From Dictyostelium discoideum (lineage: Eukaryota): 64,000 bases of DNA. Positions 1-14,707 of the stretch are shown in pieces. Position 1 is the first letter of the stretch. The number at the start of each line of letters is the position of its first letter. Under the pieces are notes generated by a model that ran no database searches, was not told the DNA's origin, and saw only the letters and a list, made by a program, of their open reading frames with translations. The stretch is from contig CM000154.2 in NCBI GenBank assembly GCA_000004695.1, positions 1,152,001-1,216,000 on the forward strand, read 5' to 3'. The position numbers and the translations under genes are program-made.

Positions 1-301
1 TTTAAAAAAACATTATTATTAATTTTTTTTTTTTTTTTATATATCCAGTTTTAAATATGTTGGTATTTAAATGAATTAAATAGATTAATTAATATTGAGT
101 TGATTATATGAATTGGAGACTATATTTGGAAGCACAGATTCTGGAATACAATAAGCTTTGCATGTTAATTTTAGGTCTATCAAAATTGGTTTTTAAAATC
201 GTTTATTGAACTTAACAAACCCTTTAAACATAAATAATAAAAACAATAAAAAAAATATTAAAAGTTGAATTTTTATATGAATCAGTCAATTTTCGTCATA
301 G

Positions 302-375
302 GTTATAATCAGGATGTAATCATCTGAAACACATGAAATAAATCTCATCACTTAACATATAAATTTCGTGCGTAA
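302..375 (-). ncRNA. Candidate box C/D snoRNA
   Basis: Minus-strand reading: ...AUAUGUUAAGUGAUGAGAUUUAUUUCAUGUGUUUCAGAUGAUUACAUCCUGAUUAUAACC. Box C GUGAUGA (350..345), C'-like AGAUGA, box D CUGA (312..309), and a 4-bp terminal stem GUUA/UAAC. A DUSE-like ACCCATAA lies ~80 nt upstream on the same strand. Boundaries are approximate. Confidence 0.2.
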
Positions 376-436
376 ACAAAAAACCGTAAACATTCATTTG
401 TTTTTAAACAATTTTCGTTGATATTTTTTTTGTTTT

Positions 437-444
437 ATGGGTTT
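437..444 (-). promoter_or_regulatory. DUSE-like element (ACCCATAA), the Dictyostelium upstream sequence element of ncRNA genes
   Basis: Exact match to the (A/C)CCCA(C/T)AA consensus on the minus strand. It sits in a GC-poor region ~80 nt upstream of the snoRNA candidate. Confidence 0.25.
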
Positions 445-735
445 TTTGAAAAAAAAAAAAAAAATAAAAAAAAATTTGTTCGCCTACATTTTTCCAAATA
501 ATTTTAAACAAATAGATAAAATTGGTCAAAAAAAAAAAAATAAAAAAAATAAAAAAAAATAAAAAAAATAAAAAAATATAAAAAAACATTAATCCCACAA
601 ATTTTATAATTTTCTTTTTTTTGAAAAAATGGACTAAAAAAAAAAAAAATCAATTTTCATTTTCCCTCTCCCACATTAATTAAAAAAAAAAAGAATTATA
701 ATTAATTACAAAGGATATAATTATTAATAATAATA

Positions 736-1263
736 ATGTCATCAATATTAAAGAGTAGTACTGGAAGTAACCATAGCAGTACTAGTAATCATAGTAGCAT
801 AAATAATATAAGTCAGCTAAGTGGATCTCATGGTGTAGAACAACAACAACTTAGACCAGTATTAACATTAGATGCATCAACAGCTAAACTAATGTACCAA
901 ACTAGTCAAGAAATGTCAAGTTATATACAACAAGTTGCAAATGAACCAACAATTGGTTTATTTCATGTTCAAGATCATATAAGAAGAAACATACCTAAAA
1001 ATGTCGAATTAAAAGTAATTATATAAATATTTAACAACATCCAACTACAATAAATAAATAAATACTATATATTTACATTTAAATAAAATTAGAAAAATAT
1101 TAAAGCGTTGGGAGAAAAAATAGAAGAGAAATCATTTGATATTGATTATAGTACAAAAACAATAAAAACATTCTCAGAGATTCAAACATTTTCAAATATA
1201 TCCTCACTATTACAACAATCAATTGAAAGAGCAAATAAATTAGTTAATAAGTATGTTTTATAG
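736..1263 (+). CDS. Small coiled-coil protein of unknown function, possibly BORC/BLOC-1-subunit-like; 2 exons join(736..1014,1093..1263)
   Basis: ATG at 736. Donor AAA|GTAATT at 1015 and acceptor aaaattAG at 1091-92 extend the 96-aa ORF in frame by 'KNIKALGEKIEEKSFDIDYSTKTIKTFSEIQTFSNISSLLQQSIERANKLVNKYVL' to TAG at 1261-1263. No recognisable catalytic motif. Confidence 0.4.
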
Positions 1264-2136
1264 ATATTTAAAAAAACAAAAAAAAAAGTAATTAATTTAT
1301 TAATATTGTAAAAAAAAAAAAAAAAATAGTAAATCACTTTTATTTGTAAACTCTCAAATGGCTGCACCTTCTTCATCTAAAACATTTTCATCATTTCAAC
1401 AACAACATAAAATTTATCAACAACAACAAACCAATTTAACCCCTTCAAAACCGACACTTTCAAACGATAAAACTAACGATAATAATAACAATAATAATAA
1501 CTTAAATTTTGTTGAAAAAATAGAAAAAGAAGAAAAAATAGAAAAAGAAGATGAGGGAAAAGAAAAAGATGAAAAAGAAAAAGATGATAAAGATTTAAAT
1601 GAAAAAATAAATTAATAACCAAATATGTAAAATAGATAAATTTCAAAAAAACAAGAATTTAATTATTCCTACACTCATTTTCGCTTTGTTTAATCTATTT
1701 TTTTTTTTTTTTTTTTATTTATTTATTTATTTATTTATTTGTTTTTTTTTTAAAAAAAAATTTATTTAACCCAAAAAATTAAGTTGTCAAATGAATTTAA
1801 AGGATGATACCAAGAGGGAAAGAGTTCTTTTTTTCTACCCAAATATTATTTTTTTTTTATTTTTTTTTTTTTTATTTTTTTTTTTTTTTATAAAAATATC
1901 TTTTTTCAAAATTTTTATTTTTTTATTTTTTTTTTTTTTAATTTTGGGAAAAATAAAAATTCAATTCATACACCTTTTCTTTTTATTTTTAATTTTTTTC
2001 CTTTTATTTCTACTACCCAAATATAAAGTAATAAGCAACATTGAAAATTTAATTAAATAATAACAGAAAGAACCAAGAAAAAAAAAAAAAAAAAAAAAAT
2101 CAATATAGGGAGCAATAGATATCCAAATCCACAAAG

Positions 2137-4802
<2,666 letters not shown>

Positions 4803-4914
4803 TAATTAAAAAAAAAATTTAAAAAAAAAAAAAAAAAAATTTTCCAAGATATAATATATATATCTCTATCTATTTATGTACAACTTTTTTTTTTTTTTTT
4901 TTTTTTTATTTATT

Positions 4915-5472
4915 TTAAATTATTAATTCTAATAATGGATTTTCATTATAATGTTTAATTACAATATTATCAAAAGTATTATTTGAAAGTGTTAAAGTTT
5001 TTAAAGAATTTAATTTTATAAATTGTTTAATGGTTTCTTCATTTAGAGTGATTCTATTATTTTGAATATTTAAATGAATAATATTTGTATTATATTTTAC
5101 AAGTTGATATAATGATTCAAATTGATCACTGTTGACCAATGATCCATTGGTTAGTGATAATGATCTTATTGATTTATTATTAATTAGAGAGTCAAAGAAT
5201 TTTGGTATAAATTGTAGAAAATAAAAACCTGATAATGATAAAGATGTAATGGTTTCATTGTATTTGAAAACTGATGAAAAGAATTCCACTACAAAAATTG
5301 GTAACTTGAAATTTAAAGAACCTCTTGTCAAGTGATTATTTATTAATTTATTTGTTTTATCCTTTGTAAATTTAATTAATAATGTTTTAATTGATTTATT
5401 ATTTATAATTGAATCTTTTAATTTTTCAATAATCATTGAAAATTCTTCAATTAATATATTATTTTGAATTAA

Positions 5473-5504
<32 letters not shown>

Positions 5505-5898
5505 CGTTATTATTATCGTTATTATTATCGTTTTTACTATTGTCAATGAATGAAAACAATTCAGAGAATGATTCACATTCTAAATGATTTAAATTATTTA
5601 ATTTAAACGCTTCAATTAATGCTAATAAACAACAATTACCTGGTCGTATTAATTTTTTAGTTGAATTTAATTTTAAAGGTGCAGAACATATACTATTGAA
5701 AATTAAATATTCTGGATCCAATAAATAAATTAACTCCAATAAATCATTTGATATATTAATATGATCCAGTAAAGTTGTTATTGAAAGTTTATAAACATTT
5801 AAATTTTTATAAACAATCAAATGACTATTATATTCACTATCATTAACATTATCATTACTATTAGTATTGTTGTTGTTAATACTGTTTTTATCAATATT

Positions 5899-5954
<56 letters not shown>

Positions 5955-6618
5955 GCTGTTCAGTATTAAATGAAAATGAACCACTTGCATATAAATTTAA
6001 AAGTAATTTTATATTTGTTTGTTGATTAGATATTAATTTAAATTTTGATAAAATTGAAAATAGATCAGGTTCTACTAGTACATTTATATTTTCACTAATA
6101 TATTCTAAATGTTTGAATAATTTTAATAAATAAATTGAATTATTTGGTGATGATAATAATTTCATAACATTTCTATTTATGTTACAAAAATCCAACATCG
6201 TTATATTATTGAAATCGACTAAACTATAATTTGGAGGTGACGTTGATATCATTGATTCATTTAAAATATAATTCTCATCAATTTCATCATCACTATATCC
6301 TTGGTCATTTATTCTCTTATTATTATTATTATTTGTTCTTATTATGAAATCATTAATATCAAAATAAATTTCTCTTGTGTAAATTATTGGAGTTGATGGT
6401 TGTTTGAATATGTATTTATAAATTTCTATACAATTTAACTTTGATTTACATATTGAACAATATTTAAACCATTTTTTTGATACCAATGCTAATGAAAGCA
6501 TGTGTTTTTGTCTAATGCCATTATAAAGGTCGTAGCTAAACTCTAAATCAAATTTTGGTTTTAAAAGGATTTGGCTGTGTTTAATTATTTCAAAATATAT
6601 ATAGTTTGGAAATTTCAT
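4915..6618 (-). CDS. F-box / leucine-rich-repeat protein with internal poly-Q, single exon
   Basis: True ATG at 6618. N-terminal 'MLSLALVSKKWFKYC' is F-box-like. C-terminal LRRs 'LSLSGFYFLQFIPKFFDSLINNKSIRSLSLTNGSL...LKTLTLSNNTF'. (TTG)19 at 5901..5957 encodes Q21. Confidence 0.55.
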
Positions 6619-6955
6619 CTTTTTTTTTTTGAAAAAAAAAAAATAAAGAAAAATAAAAAAATAAATTGAAATAAAAAAAAATAAAAAAAAAAAATTATTA
6701 TTTATTTGTTTTGTTTGTCTATTAAATTATTGAATACAATTTTTTTTTTTTTATGAAAATGAAATAAAAAAAAAAAAAAAAAAAATTATATGGAAAAACC
6801 CTGTTATTTGAAAAATTATTTTCACATTTTATTTTTTTTTTTTTATTTTTTTATTTTTTTAAATTTCCTAAAAAAAAATAATAAAATTTGGATAATATTT
6901 TTATTACTTTTTTTGGTATTTCCTAATGAAAAAAAAAAAAAAGATATTTTCAAAA

Positions 6956-7536
6956 TTATCTTATAACTTTGTAATCACTAATTTTCTTTACCAATGACAA
7001 TATGCTATCAATATTAACTCCTGAGTACCTTTCCAACTCATTACCATTTGAAGAAATAATAAAAGTGGGTGTTGAAGATACTGTTTGACATATTTGAATA
7101 TCCTTTTAAAAATAATGTCCATTAGTATTTATTTTTTTTTACTTAACTTTTTTTTTAAGGAAATTATTATTATTTATTTTTTTTTTTTTTCTTTAAACAT
7201 ATTTACTTTGCACTTTTTAACATCAAAAATTAAAAATAAAACATTTTCATATTCTTTCTCTGATGCTAAAATATCTTTGGTAATAGATCTCACTTAAAAT
7301 AAAAATAAAATTTTTAATATATTTAATAAAATAAAATGAAATAAAATAAAATGAAATAAAATAAAACGAAATAAAATAAAATGTAACAAAATAAAAATGA
7401 AAAAAATAAAAAAAAAACAATAAATAAAAAATAAATACTTACTGTCATCTTTTTCTCCTGTGATAATTAAAAATAAGTTTAAATTATTTTTATATTTTTC
7501 AAATTCTTGGATATTTTTAATTTCTATAATTGCCAT
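6956..7536 (-). CDS. Thioredoxin-fold protein resembling TXNDC17/TRP14 (DUF953) but lacking the CxxC active site; 3 exons join(7443..7536,7207..7292,6956..7102)
   Basis: Spliced product MAIIEIKNIQEFEKYKNNLNLFLIITGEKDD-MRSITKDILASEKEYENVLFLIFDVKKCK-DIQICQTVSSTPTFIISSNGNELERYSGVNIDSILSLVKKISDYKVIR. Compare TRP14 '[51 protein letters not shown]'. Donors GTAAGT and GTAAAT; exon lengths keep frame. Intron 1 carries a ~15-mer AT repeat. Confidence 0.4.
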
Positions 7537-7885
7537 TTTTTTTTTTTTTTCTTTATTAATTTTGAACAGCTGATATTATAATGTATAAAAAAAAAAAAAA
7601 AATAAAATAAAATAAAAATAATGAAATTCACCACAACAATTAAAAAAAAAAAAAAAATAAAAAAAAAATAAAAATAAAATTTAATTAAAATTTAATTTTC
7701 AACTAAAAAGGGAATTTTCCTTTACCCACAGATATATATAAATATCCAAACCATTGTTCAATTTTTTTTTTATATATCTTTTTTATTTTTTTTTTTACTT
7801 TTATTTTTTATTTTTTTTTTTTAAAATTATCATATTATTACTTATTTAACTAATGTGATTTACACAAAAATTGAAAAGGGGTATT

Positions 7886-7898
7886 TATTATTATTTAC

Positions 7899-7962
<64 letters not shown>

Positions 7963-7966
7963 GTTA
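7886..7966. repeat. (ATT)27 intergenic microsatellite
   Basis: Uninterrupted attattatt... run immediately 3' of the gamma-CA gene stop. Confidence 0.9.
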
Positions 7967-7974
7967 TTTATTAT

Positions 7975-8987
7975 TTATAATGGATTATTTAAGATGTGAT
8001 CGCTTCTAGTTCTATTTTTAACGTATTTTTGTAATAAATCGTTATTTAATTCCTTGGCAGATTTTGAGGTTTGTTTTTCGTGTTGTTCAGAGAGGTTAAT
8101 GTTTTGTTCGATAATTTTTTCGAGTTGTGATTCGTCGTCTTTAGTGACTTGACGAATGAATTTTGCTGGAGAACCACCCCAATATTCACCAGATTTGATG
8201 GTTTTACCAGCTGTAAGTAATGAACCTGCTTCTAAAAATCCATTTTTCTCAACAACGCTACCATCACATAAAGTACTACCAGTACCAATAAAGCTTTCAC
8301 CAAGAATGGTTGCTGCGTGAACAATTGAACCTGGTCCAATATATACTTTATCACCAATTTGAGTTGGTTTTGGACCTAATGGGCCATTTGATGAACAATG
8401 AACAACTGTACGATCTGAAACAACTGTTTTATCACCAATATGAATTGAATTAACATCACCTAAATTATAAAATAAAATAAAATAAAATTATAAAAAAAAA
8501 AAAATCAATATCCTGTAATTTTTTTTTTTTTTTTTTTTTTTTATTTCTCTAAACTTTATTTTTATTTTTATTTTTTTTCAAATAATTATAATTACCTCTT
8601 AAAACTGCATTATACCAGATGCTTGATTCTTTACCAATAACAACATCACCAATAATTGATGCATTTGGTGCAATGAATGATTTTTGACCAACAATTGGAG
8701 CATTATCACCAAAAGCTGTTAATCTAGTATGTCTGTTTACTGTTTTATTATTTTTTTTTTTTGAATTAGTATTTTAAAATTAAAAATGAATGAATTAATG
8801 CAGTGATCATTAATTTTGTGATACGTAAAACTACCACACTCGCCAAAAAAAAAAAAAAGATTTAAAAAAACTTACATTTTTCAACATAGGCATAATCACC
8901 TTGCATTTTACAACCGGTTCTGTGTAAAATTAAACCAGTATTCTTTACAACTTCACCTAAAATTCCAAATAAACCTTTTTGTGACAT
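7975..8987 (-). CDS. Gamma-carbonic-anhydrase-like left-handed beta-helix (hexapeptide-repeat) protein, probably mitochondrial; 3 exons join(8876..8987,8596..8739,7975..8459)
   Basis: Spliced protein MSQKGLFGILGEVVKNTGLILHRTGCKMQGDYAYVEKC|LNRHTRLTAFGDNAPIVGQKSFIAPNASIIGDVVIGKESSIWYNAVLRG|DVNSIHIGDKTVVSDRTVVHCSS...GEYWGGSPAKFIRQVTKDDESQLEKI... Hexapeptide repeats and the gamma-CA signature 'SIWYxxVLRGD'. Splice sites GTAAGT and GTAATT with AG acceptors are frame-consistent; 246 aa. Confidence 0.7.
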
Positions 8988-9243
8988 TCTTTTTTTTTGT
9001 TGTTGTATATATTTTAAAGAGCCAAATGAAATAAAAAAAAATGAAAAAAAAAAAAAATTGAAAAATTGAAAAATAAAAAAAAAAAAATAAAAAAAAAAAA
9101 AAAAAAATTGGAAAAAAAAAAAATAAAAAAAAAAAAATAATCAAAAAAAAAGAAATAATTGAAATTGTAAAAAAAAAATAATAAAACAAAAAAGTTTTCC
9201 AGGTTTTTAATAAAATTTATATTTAATATTTAATATTTAATAT

Positions 9244-9975
9244 TTATTTAATAATTTGAAAATCACCATGTAATTTAAATATTTCTCTTAAATTATCTTC
9301 AGTTAATTCTGTTGTATAAATTAATTTATTTGAAAGTTCAGATTTATCAATACGATCAATGAAAATTTTCCCAAGAAGATGATCATATTCATGCTGAAAA
9401 CAAGCTGCCAGGATACCATCAGCTTCTATTATTCTCTCTTTACCTGTAATATCTAAAAATGTAATTATACACCTTTTCGAACGTTGTACGTGTGCGAAAA
9501 TATTTGGAACTGATAAACATGATTCAAGCATTGTTATTGTATTATTCTCTGTTGGAATGGTTGGTAATGTGGATTCCTCAGTTTGAAATTTAGTTTTATA
9601 TTGTGATAAATTTAATAATTTTTCAGAACCATGTAAAAACTTTTTAAAATCTGTAATTGTACGTCTTGATGGTTTTGTAACATCTTGATCGATTAATTTA
9701 ATTTTTGGATTGAAAAATGCAGTTAATGGAAAGTTTGGACAATTTAATCCTTCTTGACTTGGAAGTTCTAATAAAAACAATTGTTTATTAACACCAATTT
9801 GAGGTGCTGCAATACCTGTACCAGTACAATCTTTCATTTCTTTATACATTTTCTCTAATAATTTTTCAACTCTTCTCACATCATTTAATTCTTCTTTTGA
9901 CCAAGGTAATGCTTTCTCCCTTAATAATTTATTACCAACTTTAACTATATTTTTTGAAATATTAACAATTTCCAT
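9244..9975 (-). CDS. Peptide deformylase (organellar type), single exon
   Basis: All three PDF motifs are present: 'GIAAPQIG' (GxGxAAxQ), 'ESCLSVP' (EGCLS) and 'QHEYDHLLG' (HExxH). Start taken at MEIVNISKN; the upstream part of the 296-aa ORF is poly-F low complexity. Confidence 0.75.
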   Translation of the reverse strand: MEIVNISKNIVKVGNKLLREKALPWSKEELNDVRRVEKLLEKMYKEMKDCTGTGIAAPQIGVNKQLFLLELPSQEGLNCPNFPLTAFFNPKIKLIDQDVTKPSRRTITDFKKFLHGSEKLLNLSQYKTKFQTEESTLPTIPTENNTITMLESCLSVPNIFAHVQRSKRCIITFLDITGKERIIEADGILAACFQHEYDHLLGKIFIDRIDKSELSNKLIYTTELTEDNLREIFKLHGDFQIIK

Positions 9976-10686
9976 TTTTTTTTTTATTAAAATATTATAA
10001 AAAAAATAAAATAAAATAAAACAAAATAAAAAAAAAAGTGAAAAAAAAAAAAAAAAAACTGGTTTTAATATTTTTTTTTTTTTAAAAAACGACAAAAATA
10101 AAAAAAAAAAAAACGATAATGAAAAATCATACACATGTTTTTTTTTAATTTAAATATCTTTTTATTATTTTTTTTTAAATATAAAATAATAAAATAAAAT
10201 CACAATTTTTTGTATTAATATTTTTTATTTTTTTTATCTTTTTTATTTGCTTAATTTGATTAGTATGAAAGTATGTGTAAATATTTGATTTGGTATTTTT
10301 TTTTATTTTTTTTTTTAAAGGGAATGGAAATGAATTTTGAAATTCTAAAAATTTATTGGTAATCTGTTTCTATTTGAATTAAATTTACTATTTTGGATTT
10401 GAATAATCTTTACTGTATTTTGAAATTGAATTTATTGATTTATTTTTTTTTTATTTTTTTTTTTTTATTTATAATTTTGAAATTGGTTGATTGATTTTAA
10501 TATACTATTTTTTTTTTTTTTTTCCTTTGAATGAATTTGAATTAGTTTTTTTTTTATTTATTATTTTTGATTTAACCTGGTAATATTTTGAAAATTTAAT
10601 TTAATGATATTTATTATTTTGATAATGTAATAAAATTCTATTGTTTGATTGATCTTGATTTGTTTTTTTTTTTTTTTTTCTTTTTT

Positions 10687-10720
<34 letters not shown>

Positions 10721-10785
10721 TATTTTATATATTTTTTTTTTTTTTTATAATTTAAATATATAAAATAAATTTATATATAAATTAT

Positions 10786-10826
<41 letters not shown>

Positions 10827-10842
10827 TTTGTTTTGTTTTTGA

Positions 10843-12430
10843 TTACATAACTGAACAAGCACCTTGTTTTGGATTTTTTTGAAAATTACAATTTGCTGGA
10901 ACAGTTCCTGGCGGAATTTTCTTTGGATAACCATTTAAGATTAAAACTTTTAAACCAGGAGGGAAAATTCCAGGTACTAAAGGTCTTTTAAAAGATTTAC
11001 CCAAATAACAATGAGTTAAAGATTGAGGTAATACACCATCAATTGGATGATTATATTTCTCAGAGAATTTAATGTATTTAAGATGTGATGGTAATGAAGT
11101 GATTGGTTTATTATAGGTGTAGCCAAATTCTACGGTTTGAACATGTGATGGAATATTTTCAAAGGTTTGACTAAAATAAGAGAATTGATGGAAAGAAATC
11201 GATTTCAAATGATGAGGTAACACATTTGGAAGAAAAGGTTGATCGAAAACTTTACCAAAATTAATATTTTCCAAAGAGGGAGGAAGGGTGCCAACGGCCA
11301 AGGGCTGATTAAAACCGTCGCCAAATGTGAGGGTTTTCAATTTTGGTGGTAACATTCCAGCTTCAATTGGATGATTGAAAGCATCTGATAATAATAAAAA
11401 CTCTAAATTTGGTGGTAAGCTTATGATTGGAAGCTCAGAGATTGAGCCCTCGTCGTAAACTAAACAAGTCAATGATGTTAATCCACCAAACTCCAATGGT
11501 TGATTATATCCTTTACCCAAAAATAAACTTCTTAATGATTTTGGTATAACTAATGGATCGAATGGTTGATTATATTCGTCACCAGTCTCTAATATATTTA
11601 AATTTGGTGGAAGATCACCTGCACGAAATGCTTGATTATAACAATCTGATAGAAATAGATATTCAGCTGATGGTGGTAGTGCATGTGCTATCAATGGTTT
11701 ATTATAAGTTGCATTAATGAAATAAATATATCTAACTGACATTGGAATGGTACCTGGATGAATTGGATGATTAAAATCTGGTCCTTTTGTAAATCCAGTT
11801 TTATTTTCACATAAAAAACATAATATAATAACATTATTTGGTATAACATTTACTGGTATTGGTGAATTAAAACATACATATAATGTATTACATGTTGATG
11901 GTATTGTATTTGATGGTGATCTCCAATCTAAAAAAAATTAAAAAAAAAAAAAATATTAAAAAAAAAAAAAAAATATTAAAAAAAAAAAAAAAAAAAAATT
12001 AGTTATGTTGATAAGGGTGGTTGGGTGTAAAAAAATTTCAGCACTAAAGTGGTGAAAAGTAATTTTGTGCGACGATGGTGGTTTTGTCTTTTTTTTTTTT
12101 TACTTTATTTTTTTATTTTCTATGCGACCCCCTTAATTTTGCCTTGGTTGTATGGTGGTGTGGAAAATTTTAAAAAAAATAAAAAATCTGCAAATTTTCT
12201 GGATATTTTTTATTTTTTTTATATTTTTTTTTTTTTTATGTATAAAAATTAAAATAATAATAATAATATTTACGATATTCAACTATATGAGAATTTTTCT
12301 TTTCATCTAATTGTGGAGAAAATGGATTCATATTATGTGGGATGTTGAAAATAAATTCTTTAAATATTTTATTATATTCTTGTTGATCCTCATCAGTTAG
12401 ATTATGATGAGGTAAATGATTGCTAGTCAT
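10843..12430 (-). CDS. FNIP-repeat protein; proposed 2 exons join(12274..12430,10843..11927), first exon tentative
   Basis: Exon 2 holds more than ten FNIP-type repeats (…LP.SL..L.FG..FNQPL…). A strong acceptor (T)nAG|AT at 11928-29 requires an upstream exon. Candidate exon 1 MTSNHLPHHNLTDEDQQEYNKIFKEFIFNIPHNMNPFSPQLDEKKNSHIVEY ends at donor C|GTAAAT (12273), joins in frame, and carries a literal 'FNIP' motif. Intron is 346 nt. Confidence 0.5.
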
Positions 12431-12751
12431 TTTTTTATTTATATATGCTGATGCTAATTGATTTATTTTTGTAATTTAATTGTACTTAAAAAAAAATTGA
12501 AAATTGTTTTTAAATTGTGTGAAATCCAATTTAAAACAATTTAAATAATTTTTTTTTATAATTAATTAATTAATTAATTAATGATTTTTGATTAATAAAT
12601 AAGGTGGATCTTGATTAGAGAAAAAAAAAAAAATAAAAAAAAATTTTGTTCCTTTGAAATTTGGAGGAGCGACTATTATTATTACAATGTTGTTAGATTT
12701 TTTTTATTATTATACACTTATTTTTAAAAAATTAAAAAAAAAAAAAAAAAA

Positions 12752-12784
<33 letters not shown>

Positions 12785-14138
12785 AAAATAAAAAAAAAAA
12801 AAAAAAAAAAAAAAATAAAAAATTAAAAAAAGAAAAAAAAAAAAAAAAAAAAAAAAAAAAGAATTACGTTTTTTGCACTAGTCTTACTATCATTTAAAAA
12901 TAAATTAATATTTTTTTTTTTTTATTTTTTTTTTTTATTATTTTTTTTTTTTTTTTTCATTGATTGACAAAAACTAAGTGTGCGCCTTCTTAAATGGTTG
13001 TTATTAAAAAGAAAAAGTTATTGTCGGTTTGGAAAAAACACTTTTTTTTTGATTTTTTTTCTGTTGTCCAAAACAAAAAACAAAAAAAATAAATGAATTT
13101 TCAAATCAAAATGATTTTTGTGTGCGTCAAATTTAGTGTGGGTTTTGTTTGATATTTATTTAATCAATTTTCAATATTTAATTCAAATTTCTCTTACATT
13201 ATTTAATTCAAAGAGATTTTTTCTCTTTTTTTATTCACTTGATTACAGTGGGATCATCAATTTTATTTCTTCTACTTTTATGAGGAAATATCAAGATTCC
13301 ACCACCAATTTCGAAATATATAAATTTGTTATTATTAAATTCTTAAATAAAATTCAATCAAATCATCATCGGGTTTTCATCTTTAAAATTAATAATCTTT
13401 TTTAAAGTTTTTTTTTTTTTTTTTTTTTTTTTAATCAAAGAAGATTCCATCATAAAATGTGGTGTTTTTGAGAAAATAAAAAAAAAAAAAAATATGAAAA
13501 TAAAATTTAAATAAACACTTTATATTTATTTTATTTATTATTTAAATTATTTATTTAATAATAATAATAATTTTTTTTTTTTTTTCTTTATTCAAAGTGT
13601 AAATGCTAAAAATTAAATTTTATTTTGTGAGATAATTATTATTATTAATATTATTTTTTTTTTTTTTTTATTCTTTGAATGGATCCCGAATTTGGCTAGT
13701 TTTGGGTGAAAAAAAAAAAAAAAAGAAAGAGGATGAAATCAGATGTATTTTAAAACCAATATTCTTTTTTTTTCTTTATTTGTACAAAAAAAAAAAAACT
13801 TGTTTTATTGTTATTATTTTTTTATTATTAATATTTTTTTTTTAAATCCATTTATGATAAATTGGGGGTATACACTATTTGGTTAAAAAAACAATAAAAA
13901 AAAAGTGAGTTATTGTTTTTTTTCTTTGAACAATCCCATTTATTACAAACCCAAAAAATTTTTTTTTTTTTAAAAAAAAAATAAAAAAAAAAATAAAAAA
14001 AAAGCAAATCATTTTTAAAACAATTATTTTTTTTTATTTTTTTTTTTTATTTATTTCCATAATCTATTTAAAAATTTCTTTTAATATTACTTTGATATTA
14101 CTATTCAATAAAAAAAAAAATAAAAAAAATAAAATAAA

Positions 14139-14413
14139 ATGAGACGTACATATGCAGGCCCATCAAGTTCAAATGGAAAATATACGTAAGTTTAAAATAA
14201 TATTTTAAAAAAAGAAAATTCTAAATAATTTAATTCCTTATCTAATTTTTTATTTTCTTTTTTTATTTAATAAATTCATTAAATAAAATTATTATTTTTT
14301 TAAAAAAAAAAAGTCCAAAACTTGACCCAGGCAAGAATTTACCAACTTCAAATTCTGGATCAAATCCAAACTATTTTTCTCAATCTAAGGGTCAAGAAGA
14401 GAACAAAAATTAA
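14139..14413 (+). CDS. Candidate 48-aa hydrophilic protein; 2 exons join(14139..14185,14314..14413)
   Basis: ATG..TATAC|GTAAGT donor at 14186, 128-nt AT-rich intron, (A)nAG acceptor at 14312-13. Frame is preserved to TAA at 14411-13. Product MRRTYAGPSSSNGKYTPKLDPGKNLPTSNSGSNPNYFSQSKGQEENKN; the GC-bearing codons stand out in a ~90% AT region. Confidence 0.25.
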
Positions 14414-14430
14414 GAATTTTTAATCTTCAG

Positions 14431-14461
<31 letters not shown>

Positions 14462-14707
14462 TACATAAAAAAAAAAAAAAAAAATTATAGTTTCTATTTT
14501 ATTACTTTCCATAATTTAAAAAGTAACATCAAAAAGTGGAAAAAATAAAAAAAATAAAGTTTATCATTACAAATGACCATTTAAAAATTAATTTTTCTTA
14601 ACGCCTACTTGGTGTTTTAATTGTTTTTTTTATTTTTTTTATTTTTATTTTTTATATTTTTTTTTTTATTATTTTTTTTTTATTATTTTTTTTTATTTAT
14701 TTAAATA

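Noticed and set aside
1358-1615. 85-aa ORF MAAPSSSKTFSSFQQQHKIYQQQQ...KEKDEKEKDDKDLNEKIN just downstream of the first gene
   Set aside because: No frame-compatible splice links it to the preceding gene. Composition is Q/N/K/E low complexity. It could be a real tiny acidic protein, but nothing supports it beyond the ATG, so it is not called.
13118-13405. 95-aa plus-strand ORF in the 12.4-14.7 kb AT desert
   Set aside because: Hydrophobic/low-complexity translation (MCASNLVWVLFDIYLINFQYL...) with no domain resemblance and no GC-bearing codon bias.
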